Assembly: GCA_963785725.1 (NCBI GenBank)
Contig: CAWAWS010000039.1
Location: forward strand, 480,001 to 544,000
From: an uncultured delta proteobacterium
GTDB taxonomy: Bacteria > Myxococcota_A > Polyangia > Palsa-1104
Direction: 5' to 3'
DNA length: 64,000 nt
Shown here: in pieces, positions 49,031 through 58,906 of the stretch
Layout: every line of letters starts with the position of its first letter
Numbering within the stretch: position 1 is the first letter of the stretch
Program-made: the position numbers and the translations under genes
The notes under the pieces: model-generated
The model's database searches: none
What the model was told of the DNA's origin: nothing
Seen by the model: only the letters and a program-made list of their open reading frames with translations

Positions 49031-50566
49031 ATGCAAGCCGACTTACATCGCTTACTGCTTCGCCGGACGCTGTCGGGGCTCACGTTGGGCCTGTTCGTCG
49101 GCTTGGCGGCGCTCGGCTGCAGCGGCAAGGCGTCGGTCGGGCCCGAGCCGGGCAGCGCCGCGTCGACGGCGAACGCGGTCGTGCATCCGGCGACGCTGGA
49201 GACGCTCGCCGGCCTCGAGTATTTGTCGGCGGTCAACGGCGGCGGCGCGGCGCTGGCGGCGACCAGCCTCACGGCCAGCGTCAACGAGACCTTCACGCTC
49301 TACGATCTCGACGGCGGCGACTTGATGGACGGCGACTCCCTGCTCCTCGTCGCCCATGACGGCGAGTACGTGTCGGCGCCGGGCGGCGGCGGCGCGGCGG
49401 TTATGGCCGACGGCGCGCAGGCGCTCGATTGGGAGATCTTCATCATCCACAAGCTCGTCGGCAGCGGCGCCATCGGCGACGGCGACGAGGTCGCGCTGCA
49501 GACCAAGACGAAGGACCTGTACGTCTCGGCGGTCAACGGCGGCGGCGGCGCGGTCCGGGCCGATCGCTCGGTCGCCGGCAGCTGGGAAGCGTTCACGCTC
49601 GGCCTCGGCGCGGCGACGACGCCGCCCGCCGGCGGCAACGACGGCGGCACGACCGGCAATGATGACGGCGGCACCACCGACGGCGGCACCACCGGCGGCG
49701 ATGACGGCGGCACCGTGGTCAACGCGCAGAAAGTCGTCGCCTATTTGCCGACCTACAGCGGCAGCTACAGCGATTGGGCGCAGTCGATCGACTTCACGAA
49801 GATGACGCACCTCAACTTGGCCTTCGTCAGCGGCACCAGCAGCAACGACTGGAGCATGGACGACGGGCAGTCGGACGCCGCGGTCAAGGCGCTCGTCGAC
49901 GCCGCGCACGCCAAAGGCGTCAAGGTGCTGGCCTCGCTCGGCGGCGGCGGCGGCGATCAGACCGTCATCGCGCAGTACAAGAACACCGGCAACATCCCGA
50001 CGTTCGTCGCGAATCTGGATACGTTCGTGGCCGCGCACAACTTCGACGGCGTCGACATCGACATCGAGGATGGCGCCAACTTGGGCGCGAATTACTCGGC
50101 GTTCGTCGACGCGGTGGTCAAGAAGCTGCGGCCGGAGGGCAAGCTGGTAACGGCGGCGGTCGCGCAGTATCTGCAGGACAGCATGTCCGACACGACGCTG
50201 CATCAGTTCGACTTCCTCAACGTCATGATCTACTCGAATTACAACGACAGCGTCTCGGCGATGACCTACTACGCGCAGCAAAAGTCGGTGCCGGCGACGC
50301 AAGTGGTGCTCGGCGCCGGCTTCTTCGGCTCCAACGCCGACGACAGCCAGGAGTGGGATTACTCGGACATTCTCAAGGCCGACAGCAGCGCCTGGAGCAA
50401 GGATTCGACGACGATCGACGGGCAGACCGTGAATTACACCGGCATGGCGTCGATGAAGAAGCTGGCCGACTATTCCAAGGGCTACGGCGGCATCATGTTC
50501 TGGGAGCTGTCCGCCGATACGACGGATTCGCACTCGCTGTACAAGGTGATTCAGGGCGAGTTCTAG
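49031..50566 (+). CDS. Lipoprotein: fascin-like beta-trefoil + GH18 chitinase-like domain
   Basis: ALGC; Y.SA.NGGG....A....WE.F repeats; THLNLAF, SLGGG, FDGVDIDIE, GGIMFWE. Confidence 0.85.
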   Translation: MQADLHRLLLRRTLSGLTLGLFVGLAALGCSGKASVGPEPGSAASTANAVVHPATLETLAGLEYLSAVNGGGAALAATSLTASVNETFTLYDLDGGDLMDGDSLLLVAHDGEYVSAPGGGGAAVMADGAQALDWEIFIIHKLVGSGAIGDGDEVALQTKTKDLYVSAVNGGGGAVRADRSVAGSWEAFTLGLGAATTPPAGGNDGGTTGNDDGGTTDGGTTGGDDGGTVVNAQKVVAYLPTYSGSYSDWAQSIDFTKMTHLNLAFVSGTSSNDWSMDDGQSDAAVKALVDAAHAKGVKVLASLGGGGGDQTVIAQYKNTGNIPTFVANLDTFVAAHNFDGVDIDIEDGANLGANYSAFVDAVVKKLRPEGKLVTAAVAQYLQDSMSDTTLHQFDFLNVMIYSNYNDSVSAMTYYAQQKSVPATQVVLGAGFFGSNADDSQEWDYSDILKADSSAWSKDSTTIDGQTVNYTGMASMKKLADYSKGYGGIMFWELSADTTDSHSLYKVIQGEF

Positions 50567-50637
50567 CGTCAGTTGTCTTCGCTCGGGCTGCGGAGTCGGC
50601 GGTTGCGCTGGGGGGCGAGCGGCGCGACCATCGTGGG

Positions 50638-51780
50638 ATGGGCGGCGACGAGACGGGGGGCGTTCGTGTGCGGACGCTGGCTGTCGCTGACGACGAGCAG
50701 CGTCGCAAGCGGGCCGCGTTGGTGATCGCGCGCGGCTTGGGCCTGACGTTCGCTGAAGCGCGGGCGCTCGTCGACGGGCCGCGCGTCTTGCCGGGGTTTT
50801 TCGCGGCCGATGAGGCGGCGGCGCTCGTCGAATCGCTGGTCGCAGCGGGGTTTGCGGCCGAGACGTTTGCGGCGCCGGGCGGTAGCTCGCGCTGCGCCAG
50901 CCACCCTCGGCTCGGCGTGGACGTCGGCTGCAGCGGCTGCTCGACGTCGATCTGCGGCGTGTGCGTGGCGACGCAGCGCGGCCGCTGTCGCGCCTGTCAG
51001 GCGCGCGCGCAGCGACGGCAGCGCTGGGCGCGGCTGCGCGTGGGCGTGCTGCTCGTCGTGCTCGCCGGCGTCGGCGCGTGGGCGCTGAGCGTGCGGCAGC
51101 GGCGGCTCGAGCGCACGCGCTGGCGTCGGCCGCTCGAGGTCTCCGTCGTGCTGCTCGGCGAACGCGCGGCGCCGCCGGAGGTGACGGCCGCCTGGCAGGC
51201 GCAGCTGCCGTCGCTCGAGCGCTGGCTCGACAATGAGGTCAGCCGTCATCATTGCGGCGAGCAGGCCGGCGTTCGCCTGCATCTCGGCGGTCCGCTCGTC
51301 GTCGAGCGGCTGCCCGCCTATTTGCCCGACGACGACCGCTGGCTGACGCGCGCGCACCACGCGTTTACGCTCGATCGCACGCTGGCGGCGCTCGACGCGC
51401 GCGCCGGGCTGCCGAAAGCGGCGGTGCGGCTCTACGTGCTGCTGGCGCCGACGGCGGCCGCGGCGACGGTCGAAGGCGCCGGCGAGGTAGGCGGCGACGC
51501 CGGCTTCGTGACGGCGACGAGCGACGAAGATCCGTCATTCGCGCTCGTGGCCGTGGCGCACGAGCTGCTGCACTGCCTGGGCGCGACCGACAAATACGAC
51601 GGCGCCGGCCACGCGCGTGCGCCCGATGGTCTCGTCGAGCCGGCGCGCGGCTATCCGCAAGCGTACGGCGAGATCATGGTCGGCGAAGTGCCGCTGGCGC
51701 CCGGCCGCGGCCGCAACCCCGCGTCGCTCGACGAAGTGCGCATGGGCGACGCGACCGCCGCCGAAATCAACTGCCGCTGA
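50638..51780 (+). CDS. B-box-like Zn-finger, TM-anchored zincin metallopeptidase
   Basis: CASHP....C..C...C..C......C..C; TM helix; HELLHCLGATD. Confidence 0.7.
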   Translation: MGGDETGGVRVRTLAVADDEQRRKRAALVIARGLGLTFAEARALVDGPRVLPGFFAADEAAALVESLVAAGFAAETFAAPGGSSRCASHPRLGVDVGCSGCSTSICGVCVATQRGRCRACQARAQRRQRWARLRVGVLLVVLAGVGAWALSVRQRRLERTRWRRPLEVSVVLLGERAAPPEVTAAWQAQLPSLERWLDNEVSRHHCGEQAGVRLHLGGPLVVERLPAYLPDDDRWLTRAHHAFTLDRTLAALDARAGLPKAAVRLYVLLAPTAAAATVEGAGEVGGDAGFVTATSDEDPSFALVAVAHELLHCLGATDKYDGAGHARAPDGLVEPARGYPQAYGEIMVGEVPLAPGRGRNPASLDEVRMGDATAAEINCR

Positions 51781-51837
51781 CGCTGCGCTCGCGATGCGCG
51801 GCCCGTGCCGGCGCGAAGCTCGACGGCTCGAGCGCTG

Positions 51838-52059
51838 CTACTGCGAGGTGTCGAGCGTGCCGGCGCAGTTGTGGCCGTGCCGCATCATGCAGTCCTGCTC
51901 CTTGGACGCGTCGGACAAGTGATCGACCACGATCCAGCTGACGCCGAGCAGCACGAGCGCGAACAAGAGACCGAGCAGCGCGCGATTCGCCGGATCGTCG
52001 AAGGTGCGACGCGGCGGAGGCGCAGGTTGTGGCGGCGCGGGCTCGCTCGGTTCGGACAT
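51838..52059 (-). CDS. Small membrane protein
   Basis: Single TM helix, DC...G..C tail; AAGGAG RBS. Confidence 0.6.
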   Translation of the reverse strand: MSEPSEPAPPQPAPPPRRTFDDPANRALLGLLFALVLLGVSWIVVDHLSDASKEQDCMMRHGHNCAGTLDTSQ

Positions 52060-52199
52060 GCTGGCTCCTTAAGCTCCACGCGAAGCATAGCGCAGGAAGC
52101 GCGGGCGCGCCGCACGCTGGCCAACGAACGCAACCCCTGCCGCGACGTGCGTTTCGCGCGACCTCGGTGGCGGACGACGCGCATGTTAGGCTGGCGCGC

Positions 52200-52913
52200 A
52201 TGGCTGAGCTGCCCACGCTGACGGCGATTCTGGCGACGCCCGCGCCGACGACGATCGACGACGTCATCACGCGCCTGACCGCCATCGACGCCGCGCTGCC
52301 GCCGACCAACGGCATCGCCTGCTTCAACCACCTCTATCGCGTCGTGACCGAGAACATTCGCGACAGCGTCGCCGCCGGCGAGTTCGCCGGGCCCACGTTC
52401 GTGCTGCAGCTCGACGTCGACTTCGCCAACTTCTACTTCGCGGCGCTGGCCGAATATGACGCGGGTCGGGAGACCCGACGCGCCTGGCTGCCGCTCTTCG
52501 ACGCGCGCGATCGCAAAGACATCGCGCCGATCCAGTTCGCGCTCGCGGGCATGAACGCGCACATCAATCGCGACTTGCCGCTGGCGATCGTGACGAGCTG
52601 CCGCGCGCTGGCGATGCCGTCGACGCCGGCCGCCGGCTCGCCCGAGCACGTCGACTACCAGCGCGTAAACGACGTGCTGGCGCGCGTCGAAGCGGCGTTG
52701 CGCGTCGACTATTTCAGCGGCCTCTTGGACGAGAAGCAGTTCGCGCACGCCGAGGACGCGGTGGCGATGTGGAGCGTGCGCGCGGCGCGTGACGCCGCCT
52801 GGACGAACGGCCAAGTCTTGTGGCGACTCGGCGCCGGCCCGATCGCGCAAGACTACGTGGCGACGCTCGATGGCACCGTCGAGCTCGCCGGCCGCGGCCT
52901 GTTGCTCGGCTGA
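52200..52913 (+). CDS. DUF5995 family protein
   Basis: FN.LY..VT, FAN.YF.A, GMNAHINRDL, W....AR..AW. Confidence 0.8.
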   Translation: MAELPTLTAILATPAPTTIDDVITRLTAIDAALPPTNGIACFNHLYRVVTENIRDSVAAGEFAGPTFVLQLDVDFANFYFAALAEYDAGRETRRAWLPLFDARDRKDIAPIQFALAGMNAHINRDLPLAIVTSCRALAMPSTPAAGSPEHVDYQRVNDVLARVEAALRVDYFSGLLDEKQFAHAEDAVAMWSVRAARDAAWTNGQVLWRLGAGPIAQDYVATLDGTVELAGRGLLLG

Positions 52914-52995
52914 CGCGAACGCGCGCGGGCGGCCAGGTCGCCGCCGTTCGACCGCGCGGCCCGAATTGCCGGCGAGCCGTGATCTTCGTATAAGG

Positions 52996-53571
52996 TCAGG
53001 CGGATTGGCGCGCGCTCGTCGGCGTCTCGGCTTTGGCGGCGCCGGTCGGAACGCGCTCGCCGATCATCCACACGACCAGCTGCCACGTGTTGCGCACGCC
53101 CATGAGATCGAGCGCCAAGGTCGCGGTGGCGACGCAGCTGATGGGCCGCTGCGACGTGCGCCACAGGCAAAGGCCGCTGCCGACCAAGACGAGCGCCGTG
53201 ACGAACGGCAGCAGGCCCGTCCAAATCCAGTAGCGCAGCCGGATTCCGTCGCTGCGACGATGGTGGCGCAGCATGTCGCGCAAGAGCCAGCCGCTGCGCA
53301 GGACCGCCGACGCCCCGAGGATCGTCATGAAGAGCCCGAAGTGGCGCTGCTCGGCCCAGGGCGCGAGACAGGTCGCCGCGGTGCCGAACGCGTAGCCGTA
53401 CTGCCATAAGATGGGCGTCACGAACAGCTCGCCCTCGCGGGAGCTCGGCAGCGACGGCAATCCCGTCGCCAGCGACACGGCGACGAACACGAGGCCGAGC
53501 ATCGTCGCCGCGCCGCCGCCGGTGAGTAGGAAGAAGTCGTGCCAGGCGCGGATCGAATCGACGAACGTCAT
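52996..53571 (-). CDS. Membrane protein, hypothetical
   Basis: WHDFF...GG.AAT..GL.FVA.S; about 5 TM helices; NTW. Confidence 0.7.
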   Translation of the reverse strand: MTFVDSIRAWHDFFLLTGGGAATMLGLVFVAVSLATGLPSLPSSREGELFVTPILWQYGYAFGTAATCLAPWAEQRHFGLFMTILGASAVLRSGWLLRDMLRHHRRSDGIRLRYWIWTGLLPFVTALVLVGSGLCLWRTSQRPISCVATATLALDLMGVRNTWQLVVWMIGERVPTGAAKAETPTSARQSA

Positions 53572-53679
53572 CCGCGGCGCAATCTATCATGCCGATGGCG
53601 CGCGAATGCGGCGGGCCGTTGGCGCTCGCGTCGCGGCTGGGCGCTCGCGACGTGCGGCAGCAAGAGGCCGCCGCGGGTG

Positions 53680-54411
53680 CTACTTCTTCTTCGGCGCCAA
53701 CACGGCCTTCGGCTGCGGACGCGGCGCGCCGCACTCTTCGCATTTTTGCCGGCTGTCGGCGTTCATGTGGTTGCAGTACGTGCACTTCCACTGCACCTGC
53801 GCCACGGCCGCGCCGCCCGGCGCCGCGGTCGTCCCGGACGCGCCGGCCGCGAGCTTGGCCGCCTCCTGCTTGCGCGTGCGCGCCGCCGCGATCACGCGAT
53901 CGATGTTCGCCGTCGCCGACGACAAATCGCCGTCGACCTTGCCCATGATCGCCGTCGCCGCGTCGGCGCTGGGCGCGCCCGTCTTCAACGCGTCGTCGGT
54001 GTTGCGCAGGATGCGCTGCGCGTCATCGGCCGCGACGCGCGCCGCCGGATCGCCGCCCGGCGTCGTCGGGTCGCTGTTGGCGGTGACGAGCTTGTCGCGC
54101 AGCTGTCGCGTCTTGCCGTCGATCGCGCTCAGCGACGCCACGAAGCCGCCGTTCAAGATGGCGTTGGCGTCGGCCATCTTGCGCGCCTGCTGCTCCTTGT
54201 CGGACACGGCGCGCGCCGCCGTCATCGCATCCTCGGCGCGCTTCTGCTGCTCGTGCAACGCGTTGGCGAAGCCGGGATAGACCGCCGCCAGCTGATTGAC
54301 CTTCTGGACGTTGCCGTCCCAAGCCTTGTTTTCGCCTTCCACGGTCGCTTTGCACGACGCCGCGAACAACGACGCGCCCAACGCAGCCACCAGCAGTCCC
54401 CGATTGACCAT
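53680..54411 (-). CDS. Helical lipoprotein with C-terminal RanBP2-type zinc finger
   Basis: AASC lipobox; WKCTYCNHMN......CEECGAPRP; GGGGGAG RBS. Confidence 0.75.
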   Translation of the reverse strand: MVNRGLLVAALGASLFAASCKATVEGENKAWDGNVQKVNQLAAVYPGFANALHEQQKRAEDAMTAARAVSDKEQQARKMADANAILNGGFVASLSAIDGKTRQLRDKLVTANSDPTTPGGDPAARVAADDAQRILRNTDDALKTGAPSADAATAIMGKVDGDLSSATANIDRVIAAARTRKQEAAKLAAGASGTTAAPGGAAVAQVQWKCTYCNHMNADSRQKCEECGAPRPQPKAVLAPKKK

Positions 54412-55081
54412 GTGATCTCCCCCGGCTCGATCCGGAAATGAACGAGCCGCACTGTAGCCGCATTCGCGCCGATTCCGAAATCGCCGCGGCTAGCTCGGGC
54501 GCGGCGGCCTGTCTTGCGCCGCACGAATTCGCGGCGCGATGACGTGGCCTGCGCACGATCGGCGGGCTGCGCGCCCGGCGCACGTGCGGCCGACCACATT
54601 CCCGCCGGCCGTCGATGGCGCGCCGCGCGCCGCTGATTGCCCTATCGGCGCGACGACGCCGATCCCGATCCATCGGACGATGGCGCGCGGACTTGACGCG
54701 AAATCGCCGCGACGCGCCGGCAGCGCCGTGCGCGATCGGCGCGGCTCCTGTGGACGAGCGCCGAATATCTCTATCGCCGCCGCCACGTGCACGCCACGCC
54801 GAGATCGCGGCTCGCGTTTGCGCGCGCGTCCATCGTGCGCCATCGCCGGCGCGAAAAAATGCAGCGGCCGAAACGACTGCGCGCGCCATCGTTGCGCGTG
54901 ATCGAAGTCGCATGTCGGCGCGTCGCCGCCGCGTCGCTGTCATGCGCACGAGTGATCCCGTGTAGCGTATCGACGCAGCCACGGAAGTTCGTGCACGCAC
55001 GCGGCGAACGGTTCATTCTGAACATCGTATCGGCAACGTGTTTGGCGACGCTTTCGGCAACGTTCGTGCGGAGAAAATTGG

Positions 55082-55753
55082 ATGGCGGAGATCGACGGCG
55101 GCAGCACCAAATCGAAGCTGCGCCGGCTGCGTGACCTTCTCGCTTTCGAGCTGCGGCGCGCGCAAGGGCGCGAGACTTGTCCCCCGGAGTTGCTGCGTCG
55201 ACTGGTGACCGCGGCCGAGCTGCTCGAGTCGGTGTGCGCGCTCAAGTCGTCGCCCGACAACGCCGAGCAGCTGGAAGAGGTCTATTCCGACGCGCTCGTC
55301 GAGTCGCACTTGGCGATGCACGATTGGGAGCGCTTTCGCAAGCAAGAGGACGTCGCGCTGGCGAAGCCGCGTCCCGCGCCGCGACCGACGCCGGTTCCGC
55401 GCGTGCATCCGCGCGTCGACATCGACGTCTCCGTCAAGCTGCGCCGCTTCTCGGTGCACGAGGTGAGCGGCGCCGGCATGACCGTCGAGGCGCACACGAC
55501 GAGCTTGCCCGCGCGCAACATCTCGGCCGGCGGCCTGTACGTCGTCGCCAAGGGCTCGGCGCACAAGGAGCTCACCGTCGGCAGCGTCGTCATGGTCACG
55601 GTGAGCTTGGCGCGCGACGCGTCGCTGGCGTTCCGCATGCGCGCGGTCATCACGCGCCGCGACGACGCCGGCATGGGTCTGCGCTGGATCGTCGACTACA
55701 AGCCGGGCGAGCACACCGTGCAGGCGCTGCTCGAAGCCGTCAACCAGCGCTGA
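55082..55753 (+). CDS. PilZ domain protein
   Basis: RVHPR and NISAGG motifs; GMGLRW; sigma54-like GG-N10-GC at 55056-55069. Confidence 0.75.
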   Translation: MAEIDGGSTKSKLRRLRDLLAFELRRAQGRETCPPELLRRLVTAAELLESVCALKSSPDNAEQLEEVYSDALVESHLAMHDWERFRKQEDVALAKPRPAPRPTPVPRVHPRVDIDVSVKLRRFSVHEVSGAGMTVEAHTTSLPARNISAGGLYVVAKGSAHKELTVGSVVMVTVSLARDASLAFRMRAVITRRDDAGMGLRWIVDYKPGEHTVQALLEAVNQR

Positions 55754-55824
55754 ATTCTTACGCTCGCTGACGATTGCGGCGGCCGCGCTCGCGCCCATCG
55801 GCGACGAGCGCGGCGCGAGGACGG

Positions 55825-57408
55825 CTATTTCTTGGCGGGCTGAGGCTCGATCGTCTTGGCCGCCGCTTCCGCCTTGGCGACCGTCTTCTCGCTCGACTTG
55901 AACGTGATGTCGCCGAGCTTCATCGCCTTCAGCTTCGCTTCGCTGGCGGCGCGCGGACCGACGATGACGATCGACCACGTCTCCGGCCGATCGTACTTCG
56001 CCGTGACGCGCGCGACCGCGGCTTCGTCTACCTTGGCCACCTGGTCGGCGAGCGTGCGGAAGTAGTCGAGCGGCTGACCGTTGAACGCCAGCATCGCCAT
56101 CGCTCCCGCCACGGCATCGTTGCGCTCGAGCTGCGACGGCAACGAGCGCACCAGCGCCTGCTTGGCGTTCTCCAGCTCGCCCGGCTTCAGCTCCGGCTTG
56201 ACCATCGCCTGCAGCTCCTTCTCGAATTCGGCCAGCGCCTCGGCCGTGACGTCGGCTTTGACGCCGCTGTTCGCCAGCCACGAGCCGTGATCCCTGAACA
56301 TCGTCACCGACGAGCGCGCCCCGTAGCTGTAACCCTTGTTCTCGCGGATGTTCAGATCGAGCCGCGCGAACGGCCCGCCCAAGATGTGATTGGCCACGCG
56401 CAGCGCGGTCGCGTCCGGATCTTTGGCCGACGTCGCCGGGCCGAACGTCCACACCTGACTCTGCGACGCGCCCGGCTTGTCGACGACGACGATGCTGCGC
56501 TTCGGCGGGCGCAGCTTGGGCAGCTTGACGGCGACGCGCGGCCGCTTCTTCCAGCCGCTCAGCTTCTCCGTCAGCAGCTTGGCGATCTCGTCGGCGGTGA
56601 CGTCGCCCGAGACCGAGATGATGGTGTTGGTCGGCCGGAAATAGAGATCGTGGAACTTCTGCATGTCGGCGATCGTGATCGCCTTGATCGTCTCGGGCGT
56701 GCCGCCGGTCGGCTGTCCCCACGGGTGCTTGTCGCCGTACATGATGCGCAGTTGCTCGTCGCGCGCCAAGAGGCCCGGGCTCGACGCCTTCTGCTCGAGG
56801 TCGGTGAGCATGAGCCCGCGCGTGCGCTCGACGTCCTCCTTGCGAAACGCCGGGTTCATGATGACGTCGGCGAGCAGATCGAGCGACTGCGGCAGCACCT
56901 CCTTGAGCGAATTGAAGCGAATCTGCGTCGCCTCTTGGAGCGACTGCGCCCCGAGGATCGTCGACAGATCTTCGATCTGCTCGGCCAGCTGCGTCGCGTC
57001 GCGCGTCTTGGTGCCTTCGGTGAGCATGGCGGCCACGAACTTCGACAGACCCGCCTTGCCGAGCGGCTCGCCATCGATGCCGGTCTCGATCAGCACCGTG
57101 ATGGCCACCAGCGGCACCGCGTGGTTCTCGACGACGAGCAGCTTGACGCCGTTGGGCAGCAGGCGCTCGGTCGGCACCGGCGCCGTGAACTGCGCCGAGC
57201 CGGCCGCGGCCGTCGGCTTGCTCGAGCGGAACGGCGAATCGGGCGTGCTCGGCGGCGGCGCCGGCGGCAGCTCGCCCGCGGGCGCGCTCGGCATGACCGG
57301 CACCTGCGCCACCGGCGCGGCCACCGGCGCCGGCTTGGGCGCGCTCGCGCACGCGCTCAACGTCAAGGCGGCGGCCGCCGACAACAGACGATTGTGTACA
57401 GCGTTCAT
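55825..57408 (-). CDS. M16 peptidase-like subunit (no HxxEH), lipoprotein
   Basis: LSAC; LPNGVKL, L.EGT, RL..NIRE.KGYSYG. Confidence 0.88.
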   Translation of the reverse strand: MNAVHNRLLSAAAALTLSACASAPKPAPVAAPVAQVPVMPSAPAGELPPAPPPSTPDSPFRSSKPTAAAGSAQFTAPVPTERLLPNGVKLLVVENHAVPLVAITVLIETGIDGEPLGKAGLSKFVAAMLTEGTKTRDATQLAEQIEDLSTILGAQSLQEATQIRFNSLKEVLPQSLDLLADVIMNPAFRKEDVERTRGLMLTDLEQKASSPGLLARDEQLRIMYGDKHPWGQPTGGTPETIKAITIADMQKFHDLYFRPTNTIISVSGDVTADEIAKLLTEKLSGWKKRPRVAVKLPKLRPPKRSIVVVDKPGASQSQVWTFGPATSAKDPDATALRVANHILGGPFARLDLNIRENKGYSYGARSSVTMFRDHGSWLANSGVKADVTAEALAEFEKELQAMVKPELKPGELENAKQALVRSLPSQLERNDAVAGAMAMLAFNGQPLDYFRTLADQVAKVDEAAVARVTAKYDRPETWSIVIVGPRAASEAKLKAMKLGDITFKSSEKTVAKAEAAAKTIEPQPAKK

Positions 57409-57416
57409 GTGGATTC

Positions 57417-58787
57417 TCACGGGTTGCTCGCTTGCGGCTTCTTCGGCGCCGGCACGATGGTCAGCTCGATCCGCTTGTCGTCGACGAGATATTTGTTGGC
57501 GAACGCCTTGACCTGATCGGGCGTGACGGCGCGAAAACGGGCCAGATCGCGCGCCAAATAGCTGGGATCGCCGAGATAGGTCTGATAGCCGTTGAGCACC
57601 TCGGCCTTGCCGCCGAGGCCTTCGACCTGGCGAATCTTGCCGGCGATGATCTGGCGCTGCGCGCGCGTGACCTCGGCCAGCGTCGGGCCGTCCTTCTTGA
57701 GGCGCACGATCTCCGCCTGCAAGAGCGGCGCGAGCTCGCTCACGTCGTGGCCCGCTTTGACCGTGGCCGCGACGATGAAGTCGCCGCCGAGCCCGTAGGC
57801 TTCGTTGGCGGCGTCGACGTCGCTCGCCACCTGCTTGTCGAACATCAGCGACTTGTAGAAGCGCGACGTCTTGCCGCCGGCGAGCACCTCGGCCAGGATG
57901 TGGCCGGCCGCTTCGTCGTCGGAGAACTGCTTGACGCCGTTCCAGATGAAGCTCAAGCGGGGCAGCTCGGCCACGTGATCTTGGACCGTCTCCTTCACCA
58001 CTTTCGTCAACATCGGCTGCGGCACGTGCGGACGGGGCGGCATGGGCGCGTCGACGATCTCGCCGAAGTACTTCTCGACCAGCGCCTTGGCCGCCGCCGG
58101 CTCGAAGTCGCCGACGATCGCCAGCGACGCGTTCTGCGGCCCATACCAAGAGCGGAAGAACGTCTTCAGATCGTCGACGCTCGCCGCCTGGATCTCGGGA
58201 ATGCTGCCGATGACGCACTCGAAATAGGGATGCGGCGACGGGTAGAGGAGGTCGCAGGTGCGCAAGTAGCCGGTGGCATAAGGCGCGTTTTCGTAGCGCT
58301 GGCGGCGCTCGTTGGAGACGACGTCGCGCTGAATGGTCAGCTTCTTGGCGTCGAGCGTGTCGAGCAGGAAGGCCATGCGATCGCTCTCGATCCACAGCGC
58401 CGTCCCCAGCTCGTTGGAGGGCACGATCTCGAAGTAGTTGGTGCGATCGTAGTTGGTCGAGCCGTTGGCCATCGCGCCCGCCGTCACGCCGATCGCCTGC
58501 AGAAACGTGAACGGCGACGGCTGCACGTGCTTCGAGCCCGAGAACATCATGTGCTCGAAGAGGTGCGCGAAGCCGCTCTTGCCCGGCGTCTGATTGGCCG
58601 CGCCCACGTGATACCAGATGCTGACGGCCACCTGCGGCAGCCGATGATCCTCGGACAGGATGACGTTCAGCCCATTCTTGAGCTGATACTTCTCGAGCTT
58701 GATGTCGGGATCGACGGCGTGTGCCGGCGACGACAGCGCGGCCAGGGCGATCCCGGCGATAGCGGCGCGTAAGACGAGGCGTTGCAT
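57417..58787 (-). CDS. M16 (pitrilysin) zinc peptidase, active subunit
   Basis: Signal peptide; GFAHLFEHMMF, NGSTN.DRTNY. Confidence 0.92.
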   Translation of the reverse strand: MQRLVLRAAIAGIALAALSSPAHAVDPDIKLEKYQLKNGLNVILSEDHRLPQVAVSIWYHVGAANQTPGKSGFAHLFEHMMFSGSKHVQPSPFTFLQAIGVTAGAMANGSTNYDRTNYFEIVPSNELGTALWIESDRMAFLLDTLDAKKLTIQRDVVSNERRQRYENAPYATGYLRTCDLLYPSPHPYFECVIGSIPEIQAASVDDLKTFFRSWYGPQNASLAIVGDFEPAAAKALVEKYFGEIVDAPMPPRPHVPQPMLTKVVKETVQDHVAELPRLSFIWNGVKQFSDDEAAGHILAEVLAGGKTSRFYKSLMFDKQVASDVDAANEAYGLGGDFIVAATVKAGHDVSELAPLLQAEIVRLKKDGPTLAEVTRAQRQIIAGKIRQVEGLGGKAEVLNGYQTYLGDPSYLARDLARFRAVTPDQVKAFANKYLVDDKRIELTIVPAPKKPQASNP

Positions 58788-58906
58788 GAGGCCTCCAGCA
58801 AATAATAGAGACGGCGACTGTCGACGGGACGCGCCTCGCTGTCAACTCGTTGCCGTCGCCGCGCTCGATTGACGAGATCGACGCCTGGCCGCACACTCGG
58901 CCGATA

